Source: a virus. Taken from it: DNA of 64,000 nt. Below, one piece after another: positions 39,928 through 48,830 of this stretch. Within the stretch, counting starts at the first letter, position 1. Each line of letters begins with the position of its first letter. The stretch spans positions 96,001-160,000 of IMG/VR virus record IMGVR_UViG_3300042520_001767, one strand, 5' to 3'. Made by a program: the position numbers and the translations under genes. Under the pieces are notes generated by a model. It worked only from the letters and a program-made list of their open reading frames with translations. It was not told the origin of the DNA and ran no database searches.

Positions 39928-41636
39928 TAGTTAATGTACATATTTAATTCATAATTACCACTATCCATACGATAGATTTGAGCGTGGAAACCTTTTCGTT
40001 GTGGTTTTCCGTTTAATGTAAGTTCTTTATTATATCTTTGTGTTTGACCATAAGCAACATGTTGAGGGTCAGATAATTCAAATTCGATTGGTTCGTATCC
40101 TCTTGTAATTACATATCTTTCAGCTTCAGAAAAACAACTAGCAAGTGTTTTATGATAAACCTCATAATCAAATTTACCCTCATTCATTGCTTTTGGGTCT
40201 GGTGTTACTTCTGGGCTTGGTAAAAAAGGTTTATTTTTTCTACTTGGCACTATATTAGGTTGTATTTTATCTGGTGCTGGTTTAATTTGTGGTTGAACTG
40301 TTGGTTCAACATCATGATTAAATGTTTCTTGTACTTTCATCTTTAAATAATTTTTATCAAAGGTACTGTTTTTTTTATCAGAAATCAAACCCTCACCAAC
40401 AATTTTAGAAACTGGTTTTGATGACCACATTTTACATGACCAATACTTAGGTGTTGTTTTATCTTTTGCTTGTGCACATTTATGTCTTGCTCTGAAAGAT
40501 TTTCTCCTCTCTGGGTTATCTCTTTTTATTTCCATATTAGGGTCACCAAAATTAACCTTTATAACATTACCTTTTTTATTTTTAACATAAACTTTGAATT
40601 TTTTTACATCACCAGAACTAGGTTTCCCTAATTTAACTTCTTTCCCATGATATTCAGCTTCATTTAAATTAACGTTTTCAACAGAACCATATTCATCAGT
40701 ATAACCACCTTCGGTTTCACCATCATACTCATTTAAATTACCTTCAAAAAAGTGGTACACTTCTTCAATATCATCAGCAGATGAACTTATATGGTCAACA
40801 GCCCATGCATGTCCATTTGCACACATTTCATCAATTTGTTGTCGGTTCATTTCTAATAACTCCCCAGATGCGTGGTGTATCGTTTTAAGGTTTTGCCAAA
40901 ACATATAATTAAGTGACTCATTATCGTTTATCACTTCATGGTTTTCGTTAATTGGGACACAATTAGGTACTTGTTTACCATTTTTTTCTTTCATACCTAT
41001 TTGTTTATAACCTTTCCAACATGACTCATTTAGTTTATCATTTGAACCTGGTTGGAACATGTTGTTTTTCTTAGGTTTATCCAAGAATAAATTATCCATT
41101 TCATATAATGAATATTCTTGTAAACCTTCTTCATCTCCAGATTCATCAGAACTTATTTCATCATTAGAAATATCACTAGTTTCATCACTAGAATTATCTT
41201 CACCATTATTACCAGCTGAATTAATTTTTTTAATTATATCTTTTTTATCGTTTTCGTCCATTTCAGAAGTGTGTGTTGCTGAAATTAAAGAGTTTATCGC
41301 AAATTTTTCTAAGTCAAAGTCAGGTTGACCTTGAGTTTCAGTGTATTTTCTTAAAGATTGACCCAGTTTACCTGTAAGTTGTTCAATAAATTTTTTAGGG
41401 TCTGTTTCTTCATCTGCATCAACACCAGCATCAAATGGTTCATCATCAAATGGTTTATCATCAGATACTGGTTCTTCACTACCACTTTCACTATCCCCAA
41501 AATCACCAAAACCAGCTTCATCAGCTGGTTCGGAAATAGGTTCCGCTGGGGCTGGTGCTGGAGCCGCTGGGGCTGGTGCATCAATCTTCAGCTTATATTT
41601 TACTTCGTTTACTTTTTCGTTACTACTTTTTTTTTT
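39927..41636 (-). CDS. downstream (-1 frame) part of a frameshift-fused modular protein
   Basis: The track ORF 39927-41261 stays open for about 125 more codons upstream (KKKSSNEKVNEVKYKLKIDAPAPAAPAP...) to the A10 run, with no ATG/GTG/TTG; contains a CWKGY..VPNCVP module and a DUF6321-like KFKVYV..VNFGD..RRKSFRARH module. Confidence 0.65.
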   Translation of the reverse strand, partial: KKKSSNEKVNEVKYKLKIDAPAPAAPAPAPAEPISEPADEAGFGDFGDSESGSEEPVSDDKPFDDEPFDAGVDADEETDPKKFIEQLTGKLGQSLRKYTETQGQPDFDLEKFAINSLISATHTSEMDENDKKDIIKKINSAGNNGEDNSSDETSDISNDEISSDESGDEEGLQEYSLYEMDNLFLDKPKKNNMFQPGSNDKLNESCWKGYKQIGMKEKNGKQVPNCVPINENHEVINDNESLNYMFWQNLKTIHHASGELLEMNRQQIDEMCANGHAWAVDHISSSADDIEEVYHFFEGNLNEYDGETEGGYTDEYGSVENVNLNEAEYHGKEVKLGKPSSGDVKKFKVYVKNKKGNVIKVNFGDPNMEIKRDNPERRKSFRARHKCAQAKDKTTPKYWSCKMWSSKPVSKIVGEGLISDKKNSTFDKNYLKMKVQETFNHDVEPTVQPQIKPAPDKIQPNIVPSRKNKPFLPSPEVTPDPKAMNEGKFDYEVYHKTLASCFSEAERYVITRGYEPIEFELSDPQHVAYGQTQRYNKELTLNGKPQRKGFHAQIYRMDSGNYELNMYIN

Positions 41637-42610
41637 ACAGTACCTTCAGTTAATGAAGTAATCATTTTATCTAATTTTTTCACACTTTCTTCCATAGCTC
41701 TCAAAGAAGCCAAATCCATTGCATCGATATCACCATCACCACCTTCTGGTTCAACATCTAATCTTTGTTGACCACCATGTAATTCTTCATTTGTTTGTGA
41801 TAAAATAGAAGAAATTTTTTCTAAGTCAGTTATTGTTCCACCTGGATACGCTAACGATACTATTGAAATATTCTCTGGTGTAACATCAACACCTCTTTCA
41901 ACTAATTTTGATTTTAAAAATTCAACTAAATCATATGCTTCATGGTCAACACCCTCAGAAGCATTTTCTGGAATATTTATTTCTCTTGGTGGGTTAGGTA
42001 ATTGATTAGGGTCGTTTTTTCTTCCCATTTGATAATCAACGTATTCTTCCTCTTCATTTCTAGCCATCATTTCTTCAATAGCTTGTTCAAATTCATTTAA
42101 TTCTTCTTCTAACGTTTCTTCTTCATACACTTCTTCTTTGTACATTTCTTCATTTCCATGTAAATTACCAGCACCAGAAAATCCGTTACTAGAACCACTA
42201 GAAAAACCAGCAATACCACTTTCAGATAACAAATTATCATCTTCAAATACATTTATATCACCACCTTTATTAAAAGCTTCAGCCAATGATTTAAACTTAA
42301 AATTTAATTGCTTTATTGCACGAGCATAAGATGGATACGCTTCTTCTTTTTTGTTTTGTAAACCACCGATATATTTGAAATCCTCTAACACTAAACCAGT
42401 TGTTTTAGTTGTTTTTTTGATATAATATTCATGGTTTTCTCTAACAATAGCATATGCACTACCATCTGGTCCAATTTTAGTTAATTCAACAGCTGAATTT
42501 GTTTTATTTTCATTTTCATTTATTGGTTTCATTCCCATAAGAGATAATTGACGTTCAAGAATTTCTTTACCTTTAAGACCAATCGGACTAATTAATTGTT
42601 TATTTTTCAT
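41609..42610 (-). CDS. hypothetical protein; upstream part of the putative frameshift fusion
   Basis: 333 aa, ends TVKKKVVTKK a few codons after the A10 run. Confidence 0.65.
   Translation of the reverse strand: MKNKQLISPIGLKGKEILERQLSLMGMKPINENENKTNSAVELTKIGPDGSAYAIVRENHEYYIKKTTKTTGLVLEDFKYIGGLQNKKEEAYPSYARAIKQLNFKFKSLAEAFNKGGDINVFEDDNLLSESGIAGFSSGSSNGFSGAGNLHGNEEMYKEEVYEEETLEEELNEFEQAIEEMMARNEEEEYVDYQMGRKNDPNQLPNPPREINIPENASEGVDHEAYDLVEFLKSKLVERGVDVTPENISIVSLAYPGGTITDLEKISSILSQTNEELHGGQQRLDVEPEGGDGDIDAMDLASLRAMEESVKKLDKMITSLTEGTVKKKVVTKK
41627..41636 (-). other. candidate -1 frameshift / slippage site (A10)
   Basis: GTA AAA AAA AAA GTA on the coding strand; the -1 frame opens three codons before the run (TGA AGG TAC TGT AAA). 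Confidence 0.6.
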
Positions 42611-42631
42611 AATTTATTACTTTTTATTTTG

Positions 42632-42874
42632 TTATAAGTTTGGGCTACCTAAATATACATCCCTATTTTCACCTAATAGGTAACACCCAGTACCACCAGA
42701 TACTGACCTTACCCATAATGAGATATTAGAAGACGGTGCAACGTTAATTGATACATTATTAACTAGAATTACACAACCAGCGGTTCCACCATATATTTCG
42801 CTATAAGTATGGGCTGTTAAATTAGCATTAGCTGCTAGTACTATAATACTATGTATATCATTTATTTTTGGCAT
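42632..42874 (-). CDS. small protein paralogous to the N-terminal module of the DUF285 protein
   Basis: YSEIYGGTAGC..VNNV..NVAP.S..SL.V.S.S..TGCYL.GE matches residues about 20-70 of ORF 43179-45419. Confidence 0.65.
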   Translation of the reverse strand: MPKINDIHSIIVLAANANLTAHTYSEIYGGTAGCVILVNNVSINVAPSSNISLWVRSVSGGTGCYLLGENRDVYLGSPNL

Positions 42875-42939
42875 AACTTTTTTGTTTTTATTATAAATAT
42901 GTTAATATTTTAATTTGTTCTAAATATGTATTTTTTTAT

Positions 42940-43179
42940 TTAATTTGGTAAATTAGATGCACAACAATCACCATCACAACCAAAACCACAAAAATCATTT
43001 GGTGTTAATTCAATATTGTTTTTACTAAAATATTGTCCAAAAAATATTAACCTCTCATTTAATTCAATTTCTGAATCAAAAAACTCTAAAAATGGTTGTC
43101 CACTTTCAATTATTTGATTATCTTTTAATTCCCCATAAAGGAAAACATCTAATTCATTATGTGTAAAAAAATATCTCAT
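42940..43179 (-). CDS. small hypothetical protein with Cys-rich tail
   Basis: ATG at 43179 overlapping the upstream stop; C-terminal FCGFGCDGDCC. Confidence 0.45.
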   Translation of the reverse strand: MRYFFTHNELDVFLYGELKDNQIIESGQPFLEFFDSEIELNERLIFFGQYFSKNNIELTPNDFCGFGCDGDCCASNLPN

Positions 43180-45419
43180 TATATTATCCCTCCATCTATT
43201 ATTGTCCAATTGTTAGGTGCTGATATTAAAACAGCTCTAGCTGATAACGCAGCGTTTGTGTATTTAATAGTTCCAAAATTAATAACTAAATTTGGTTTAA
43301 CTGGTCTAGATGCCCAACCTATTAATAAAGAATCATAATTTGTTGTTGAGTAATCGTTAAATGTTTTCCCTTCCATAAAATTAGTAGTAGTGGTTGAAAA
43401 CGAAGTTACTCCACTAACAACCCAATTATTAATTGGTTGGTCAAAACCAGTTGCGTAATAAAAACAACTTGACATACCAGAAACTGATTTTGTATCCCAT
43501 GAGTTTATTGGTTGGTTAAAATTATTTTGGTTAAAATAAATGGAATTTATGTTAGTCACCTTACTTGTATTCCAGTTTTTAATACTATCTGAACCACCAT
43601 TATTAAAACTACCATAATCAAATTTAACACCAAACATAAACGACATACTAGTAACATTTGAGGTACTCCACGCACTATATGTAACACCACTAATTGTAAC
43701 TAACTTAGTTCCAATATCTTGATTGAAATTATTACAACCATAAAACATTGTTTGCATTGTTGTCACCTTACTTGTATTCCAGTTTTTAATACTATCTGAA
43801 CCACCATTATTAAAACTACCAATCATATTAAGGTTATTACTAAACATAAACGACATACTAGTAACATTTGAGGTACTCCACGCACTATATGTAACACCAC
43901 TAATAGTAACCATCTTGGTTCCAATATCTTGATTGAAATTTGGTTGACTTTGGAACATCGTTTGCATTGTTGTTACTTTACTTGTATTCCAATTTTTAAT
44001 ACTATCTGAACCACCATTATTAAAACTACCATTAGTTGTAGACCCACCATTAAACATAGTTGACATATTAGTGACATTACCCACATCCCATGCACTATAT
44101 GTAACACCACTAATTGTAACTAACTTAGTTCCAATATCTTGATTGAATTTTGGTTGATTTTGAAACATTGTTTGTGTTGTTGTTACTTTACTTGTGTTCC
44201 AATTTCCAATATTTTGGTTAAAATTACCTATATTTGTTGTTGTATTAGCAAATATAAATGCCATACTAGTGACATTAGCCACATCCCAAGCAACATATGT
44301 TACATCATTTATACTAACTAATTTAGTTGATAAATCTTGATTGAAATTTACTTGATTTTGGAACATCGTTTGTATTGTTGTTACTTTACTTGTATTCCAA
44401 TTTCCAATATTTTGGTTAAAAGCACCAAAATTCGGTCCTATAATACCAAACACAAACGCCATACTAGTAACGTTAACAACATCCCAAGCAACATATGTCA
44501 TACCATTTATTGTAACTAATTTAGTTGATAAATCTTGATTGAAATTTACTTGATTATAAAAAGTACCGTACAGGGTCGTTACTTTAGTTGTGTTCCATTT
44601 ACTGATATCTTGGTTAAAAAGACCACGACCAGTTGTTATAAAAAAAGTAGCGTTAAGTGTTATAACATTACTTATATTCCAATTACTTATATCTGAATTA
44701 AAACTAATACTATCAGAAAATGTTGCGTCTAAACTTGTTATGTTTGAAACATCCCATTCATTACTTCTATTTATTGTAGTTATGGCTAAACAACCTCTAA
44801 ATGAACCAGCTAGTGTTGTTGTATCAGTTAAATTTAAAACATCACTAACATTATTTAATGTTAAATTAGCACAACCATAAAAATGTTGGTCTGTTGCACC
44901 TAATCTAAAACTATTTCCCCATTGAGTTATCGCTATTAATTTTAACCTATCACCAGTGTTAGCAAATCTCCATCCATTACATACCCCAGTTATTTTTATT
45001 TGATAAATACCAGGTAAACTATAAGTATGTGTGGTTTCAGCTTGATTCCATGAAGTTATTTTACTACTGGTTCCATCACCCCATTCAACAATAAATCTAT
45101 AAGTACCTGTCGATATTAATGGTAATCTTATTTGTGTTGCGGTTGAACTACCAGCACTGGTGTTATTAGTTAACCATGTTGATATAAAACTTTTTCCAGA
45201 TTCAAACCATGGTCTTTCACCACCTAAATAACAACCAGTAGTTGCACTTATTGATTTAACAATAAGTGAAAAACTAGAATATGGTGAAACATTAACTAAA
45301 ACGTTATTCACGTTCATTGTACAACCAGACGAACCTCCAAGTATTTCAGTGTAATTTAAATCGTATAATTCACCATCTTCAGCTGGAACAACGAAACTAT
45401 GTGCATTTATATTTGGCAT
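43179..45419 (-). CDS. PKD-like domain + DUF285/BspA-type repeat protein (probable virion surface or adhesion protein)
   Basis: VEWGDG...THTY..PG.Y PKD motif; repeated FNQDI..WNTSKVT.M..MF units; NYDSLLIGWA cap. Confidence 0.75.
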   Translation of the reverse strand: MPNINAHSFVVPAEDGELYDLNYTEILGGSSGCTMNVNNVLVNVSPYSSFSLIVKSISATTGCYLGGERPWFESGKSFISTWLTNNTSAGSSTATQIRLPLISTGTYRFIVEWGDGTSSKITSWNQAETTHTYSLPGIYQIKITGVCNGWRFANTGDRLKLIAITQWGNSFRLGATDQHFYGCANLTLNNVSDVLNLTDTTTLAGSFRGCLAITTINRSNEWDVSNITSLDATFSDSISFNSDISNWNISNVITLNATFFITTGRGLFNQDISKWNTTKVTTLYGTFYNQVNFNQDLSTKLVTINGMTYVAWDVVNVTSMAFVFGIIGPNFGAFNQNIGNWNTSKVTTIQTMFQNQVNFNQDLSTKLVSINDVTYVAWDVANVTSMAFIFANTTTNIGNFNQNIGNWNTSKVTTTQTMFQNQPKFNQDIGTKLVTISGVTYSAWDVGNVTNMSTMFNGGSTTNGSFNNGGSDSIKNWNTSKVTTMQTMFQSQPNFNQDIGTKMVTISGVTYSAWSTSNVTSMSFMFSNNLNMIGSFNNGGSDSIKNWNTSKVTTMQTMFYGCNNFNQDIGTKLVTISGVTYSAWSTSNVTSMSFMFGVKFDYGSFNNGGSDSIKNWNTSKVTNINSIYFNQNNFNQPINSWDTKSVSGMSSCFYYATGFDQPINNWVVSGVTSFSTTTTNFMEGKTFNDYSTTNYDSLLIGWASRPVKPNLVINFGTIKYTNAALSARAVLISAPNNWTIIDGGII
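43530..44620 (-). repeat. tandem coding repeats of about 198-210 bp
   Basis: The WNTS/TKVT anchor recurs at 43561, 43768, 43978, 44188, 44386 and 44584 (spacings 207, 210, 210, 198, 198) with near-identical DNA. Confidence 0.85.
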
Positions 45420-45454
45420 TAATTTATCTTTTATAATAAATATTATAATAAAAT

Positions 45455-45484
45455 AATAAAAGCACTCAATTGAGTGCTTTTATT
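45455..45484. terminator. 30-bp perfect palindrome, probable terminator
   Basis: AATAAAAGCACTCAATTGAGTGCTTTTATT. Confidence 0.65.
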
Positions 45485-45494
45485 TAATTGTTGT

Positions 45495-45698
45495 TTATAT
45501 TAGTTGATACCTAACCCAAATTTCTGGTTGTTCGGGTAATGTAAATATGGAATGAATAAATAATTTGGTTTTACCTAATTTACCCTTTCTTTCCAAGTAA
45601 TTTTGGAAATCATTAAAATCTATAAACCTTCGGGTAAATATACTGTATTTTACGCCATCGTGTTCAAAAATGTCAGAAGTTATTTGGTTTATTTCCAT
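45495..45698 (-). CDS. small hypothetical protein
   Basis: 67-aa ORF in the thyA operon. Confidence 0.5.
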   Translation of the reverse strand: MEINQITSDIFEHDGVKYSIFTRRFIDFNDFQNYLERKGKLGKTKLFIHSIFTLPEQPEIWVRYQLI

Positions 45699-45699
45699 A

Positions 45700-45873
45700 T
45701 TAATTTATAGTATCAATTACATAAGCCTCCGCTTTGGTTAACATATACTTAACACCATCTATTTCAACTAAAAACCTATGATAACTTGGTGAATTTTGAA
45801 CATCAACATTTGATAGTTCAATTATCACATCTTCAATACCTGTTGGGTCTAATTTTTTTATACTTATTTTCAT
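45700..45873 (-). CDS. small hypothetical protein (not in the ORF track)
   Basis: MKISIKKLDPTGIEDV...VIDTIN, 57 aa; fills the gap between thyA and the next ORF. Confidence 0.5.
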   Translation of the reverse strand: MKISIKKLDPTGIEDVIIELSNVDVQNSPSYHRFLVEIDGVKYMLTKAEAYVIDTIN

Positions 45874-45875
45874 AA

Positions 45876-47120
45876 CTAGTTACTTAAAGGTGCCTTTATT
45901 GTCGGATGTGATTGATAACCTTCAATTTTAAAATCATCATTATCTAAATGACCAATCAAAGATAAATCATTACCTAACTCTTTAAAGAACTCATCAGTTT
46001 TCATAAATACCAGTTTTGGTAATGGAAAAGGTTCTCTTGTTCTTTTTGGTATTTTCAAGGTATCATCAATATAACTCATACCAATACTTGTTTGATGTTT
46101 AAGGTTACCATTAATTTCTTCAGCTAAACGTACTCTTTCACTTAGCGTATACTCTCTTCCAATCTGTTCTTTTGCTTGTTCAATATGGTTTGAATACAAA
46201 TGAACATCACCCAAATTACCAATCAATTCATCTGGAATCATATTAACTGATTTTGCAATGATTTCTAATAACAATCCATAAGATGCAATATTGAATGGTA
46301 AACCTAAGAATGTATCTACTGAACGTTGATTCCACATTAATGAGATTGCTCTGGTTGGAATGTTTGCTTCATCAAAATGAAATTGTTTAAAGTTTATTGC
46401 TGTTATATGATTTTGTAATACTCTACCTCCAATATTTGAATTTTTATAAATCTCAAATCTTTCATCGTGACTTAACTCTCTTGTATAAACTTGAAACGAA
46501 AAATGGCATGGCGGCAACGTCATTTGGTCTAATTCTCCAACATTCCAAGCATTAACCATCAAACGTCTTGAGTCTGGATTTGTTTTAAGTTCGTTGATTA
46601 GGTTTTGGATTTGGTCTATTTGTGTTTCATCATATACACCATGAAGATATTTGTGTGGTTTTATGTTTTTCACCTTTCTCCATTGCTTACCATACACGGG
46701 ACCAAGTTCACCCCACTTCTTAGCAAACTCATCATCTGTTTTGATTTTGTTGATGAACTCTTCTTGCCCCGTTAAAGCAAACTTATAGAGTCTATTTGGA
46801 TATTTTTCTTTAAGTTTTTTAAACTCAGACATTTCATGCTTATGATAAGCTTTCAGAGCATCACCATTCCAAATATGACAATTATTATCAACCAAATACT
46901 TAATATTTGTATCACCTCGTAAGAACCAAAGAAGTTCTGTTACGATTGTTTTGAATGGCATTTTTTTGGTGGTGAGTAATGGAAAATTATTACCATTAAA
47001 CTTAAACCTAATAGTTCTACCAAATACTGATAGTACCTTGCCGTTTCTAGTTTCCTTCTCAATCCCATTTTCTAATATATCCTTTAATAGGTTTGTGTAA
47101 TCCTTATCTAGTTTATTCAT
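45876..47120 (-). CDS. thyA: thymidylate synthase
   Basis: FPLLTTKK, ELLWFLRG, LGPVYGKQWR, PDSRR, LPPCH, QRSVDTFLGLPFNIASY and DVHLYSNH. Confidence 0.95.
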   Translation of the reverse strand: MNKLDKDYTNLLKDILENGIEKETRNGKVLSVFGRTIRFKFNGNNFPLLTTKKMPFKTIVTELLWFLRGDTNIKYLVDNNCHIWNGDALKAYHKHEMSEFKKLKEKYPNRLYKFALTGQEEFINKIKTDDEFAKKWGELGPVYGKQWRKVKNIKPHKYLHGVYDETQIDQIQNLINELKTNPDSRRLMVNAWNVGELDQMTLPPCHFSFQVYTRELSHDERFEIYKNSNIGGRVLQNHITAINFKQFHFDEANIPTRAISLMWNQRSVDTFLGLPFNIASYGLLLEIIAKSVNMIPDELIGNLGDVHLYSNHIEQAKEQIGREYTLSERVRLAEEINGNLKHQTSIGMSYIDDTLKIPKRTREPFPLPKLVFMKTDEFFKELGNDLSLIGHLDNDDFKIEGYQSHPTIKAPLSN

Positions 47121-47580
47121 TTACAATTTCTGTTTTTTTAGTTGTTATTTTTTCAAATGTTGAAATCTTGCCTTTCAATTCACTCAATGAAGTTGTAGTT
47201 ATGTTACCATTTTTAAAATAGTCACTGATGATATCGCTCATCGTTTGTAGTATTTCTTTTGTTGCAGAATCTGGTGTGATTTCATCTTCAGTTTCAACTT
47301 TCAAATCAGCAACTTCTTTTAAAATTTCAGTTGTGTCAATTTTATCCAATTTACTACTAGTATATTTTTTAATGTTTGTGTTTAATACAGAACCTTGACT
47401 ATCAGCAGTTTCAAAACGCATGTAATCAGTTTTTGCGACATCAGTATATTTGTACTGACCACCATGGTTAAAGATAATTGTTAATTCGTTTGTAATATTG
47501 TTGTACACTGAAGCACAAATGTTTGATGAAGAATAAATCGCTTTAATTATACCATCCTTTTCTTTTCTTTTTAAAATCAT
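47113..47580 (-). CDS. KTSC domain protein
   Basis: SSNICASVYNNITNELTIIFNHGGQYKYTDV...ADSQGS. Confidence 0.75.
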   Translation of the reverse strand: MILKRKEKDGIIKAIYSSSNICASVYNNITNELTIIFNHGGQYKYTDVAKTDYMRFETADSQGSVLNTNIKKYTSSKLDKIDTTEILKEVADLKVETEDEITPDSATKEILQTMSDIISDYFKNGNITTTSLSELKGKISTFEKITTKKTEIVNE

Positions 47581-47601
47581 TTTTCTTTTTTATTTATGTT
47601 A

Positions 47602-47844
47602 TTATAATTTACTATAAGTTTTATAAGCACTTATTTCACTTAAATGAAATATTTCACCAATTTCATTAACGTGTTCCAGTGTTTTACCGTATCGTTTAGT
47701 TGTTATCACAAAATAATCACCAGTAATAACTAAACTAGCATCTAAAAATTGCAATTTAGTCAAAGAAGGTGATTGTGTATCGTTAATTCTATTTTTAAAT
47801 AATACTTCAATCTTTGCAAATATTGTTTCGTCATTTGTTTTCAT
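47602..47844 (-). CDS. hypothetical protein
   Basis: 80-aa ORF with an upstream promoter. Confidence 0.5.
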   Translation of the reverse strand: MKTNDETIFAKIEVLFKNRINDTQSPSLTKLQFLDASLVITGDYFVITTKRYGKTLEHVNEIGEIFHLSEISAYKTYSKL

Positions 47845-47860
47845 ACTTTACTTTTTTATT

Positions 47861-47891
47861 CAAAAATACTAATATTTATTTTAAAAATCAA
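47861..47891 (-). promoter_or_regulatory. Bacteroidota housekeeping-sigma promoter (leftward)
   Basis: TTG-N20-TATTTTTG. Confidence 0.6.
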
Positions 47892-47893
47892 TG

Positions 47894-47924
47894 TTGCATT
47901 GATAAATAATTTTTAGTACATTTG
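47894..47924 (+). promoter_or_regulatory. Bacteroidota housekeeping-sigma promoter (rightward, clpC-N)
   Basis: TTG-N20-TACATTTG. Confidence 0.65.
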
Positions 47925-47950
47925 CTAAATAAACTTTAAAACAAAATTAT

Positions 47951-48769
47951 ATGAATAGAGAGATTTATCCAAAAGTTAAAATAATTATGACGAATTCAAT
48001 TAAAGAAGCCAAAAACTTTGATGATGTAAAAGTTAGACCAGAACATATTATTTTATCTATGTTATTAGATGACGATAATGAATGTGTGAAAACACTTAAA
48101 AAACTAAAAATAGATACTACAGAACTTTATGATAAATTATCTGATTACGTTAGAAAAAATGATTTAACACCTAGAGCGTATACCTCAGTAAAACGAACAC
48201 TACCTTTTTCTGAAGAAACCAAATCAATAATAGCTAAAGGTGTTGATAAAGAATGTGAAGGGTTAAATGATACCATGATTGACACAACACATATCATGTT
48301 AGCTATTTTAATAACTAAACAACCAGTTGTTGATTTTTTAAATTCTGTAGGGGTGAATTATAATTTATTTAAAATAACTATGATAGGAAACAAACCAGAA
48401 GACATCAAAAACGGTGCATTAGGTGATGACATGAATGAAGAAAATGATTCATTCAAAAAGAAACAAAAACCAATCGACCCAAAAAGTAAAACACCAGTTC
48501 TGGATAATTTCTGTAGAGACGTGTCTAAAGCTGTTGAAAAAGGGGAGATTGACCCAGTTGTTGGTAGAACTACCGAAATAAAACGTGTTTCTCAAATCCT
48601 TTCTAGAAGAAAGAAAAATAACCCAATCCTTATCGGTGAACCAGGTGTTGGTAAATGTTTTATTGGTGATACTCAGGTAGTTATGAGGAATGATTTAACT
48701 GGTGAAGTTTTTAAAGCTACTATAAATGAATTCCTAAAAACGTTTACCGATACCGAAACAACAAATTAA
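47951..48769 (+). CDS. clpC: ClpC/ClpB AAA+ chaperone, N-terminal fragment fused to split intein IntN
   Basis: Clp N-domain repeats (PEHIILS, TTHIMLA), LDNFCRD, DPVVGR, RRKKNNPILIGEPGVGK, then C-F-I-G-D-T-Q-V. Confidence 0.9.
   Translation: MNREIYPKVKIIMTNSIKEAKNFDDVKVRPEHIILSMLLDDDNECVKTLKKLKIDTTELYDKLSDYVRKNDLTPRAYTSVKRTLPFSEETKSIIAKGVDKECEGLNDTMIDTTHIMLAILITKQPVVDFLNSVGVNYNLFKITMIGNKPEDIKNGALGDDMNEENDSFKKKQKPIDPKSKTPVLDNFCRDVSKAVEKGEIDPVVGRTTEIKRVSQILSRRKKNNPILIGEPGVGKCFIGDTQVVMRNDLTGEVFKATINEFLKTFTDTETTN
48656..48766 (+). mobile_element. split intein N-fragment (37 aa)
   Basis: CFIGDTQVVMRNDLTGEVFKATINEFLKTFTDTETTN-stop, directly after the Walker A Lys. Confidence 0.85.
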
Positions 48770-48778
48770 ACAATTATT

Positions 48779-48823
48779 ATTTATCTTTCTTGTAAATTCT
48801 TTATATTTATAAGAAAGATAAAT
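48779..48823 (+). promoter_or_regulatory. 13-bp hairpin enclosing TATTTATA and covering the endonuclease translation-initiation region
   Basis: ATTTATCTTTCTT (48779-48791) pairs with AAGAAAGATAAAT (48811-48823); ATG at 48831. Confidence 0.6.
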
Positions 48824-48830
48824 TTAAAAT

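Noticed and set aside
43530-44620. CRISPR array or DGR template/variable repeats
   Set aside because: The repeats are in-frame coding units with no spacer structure, no adenine-specific variation was evident, and no reverse transcriptase or cas gene is in the window.
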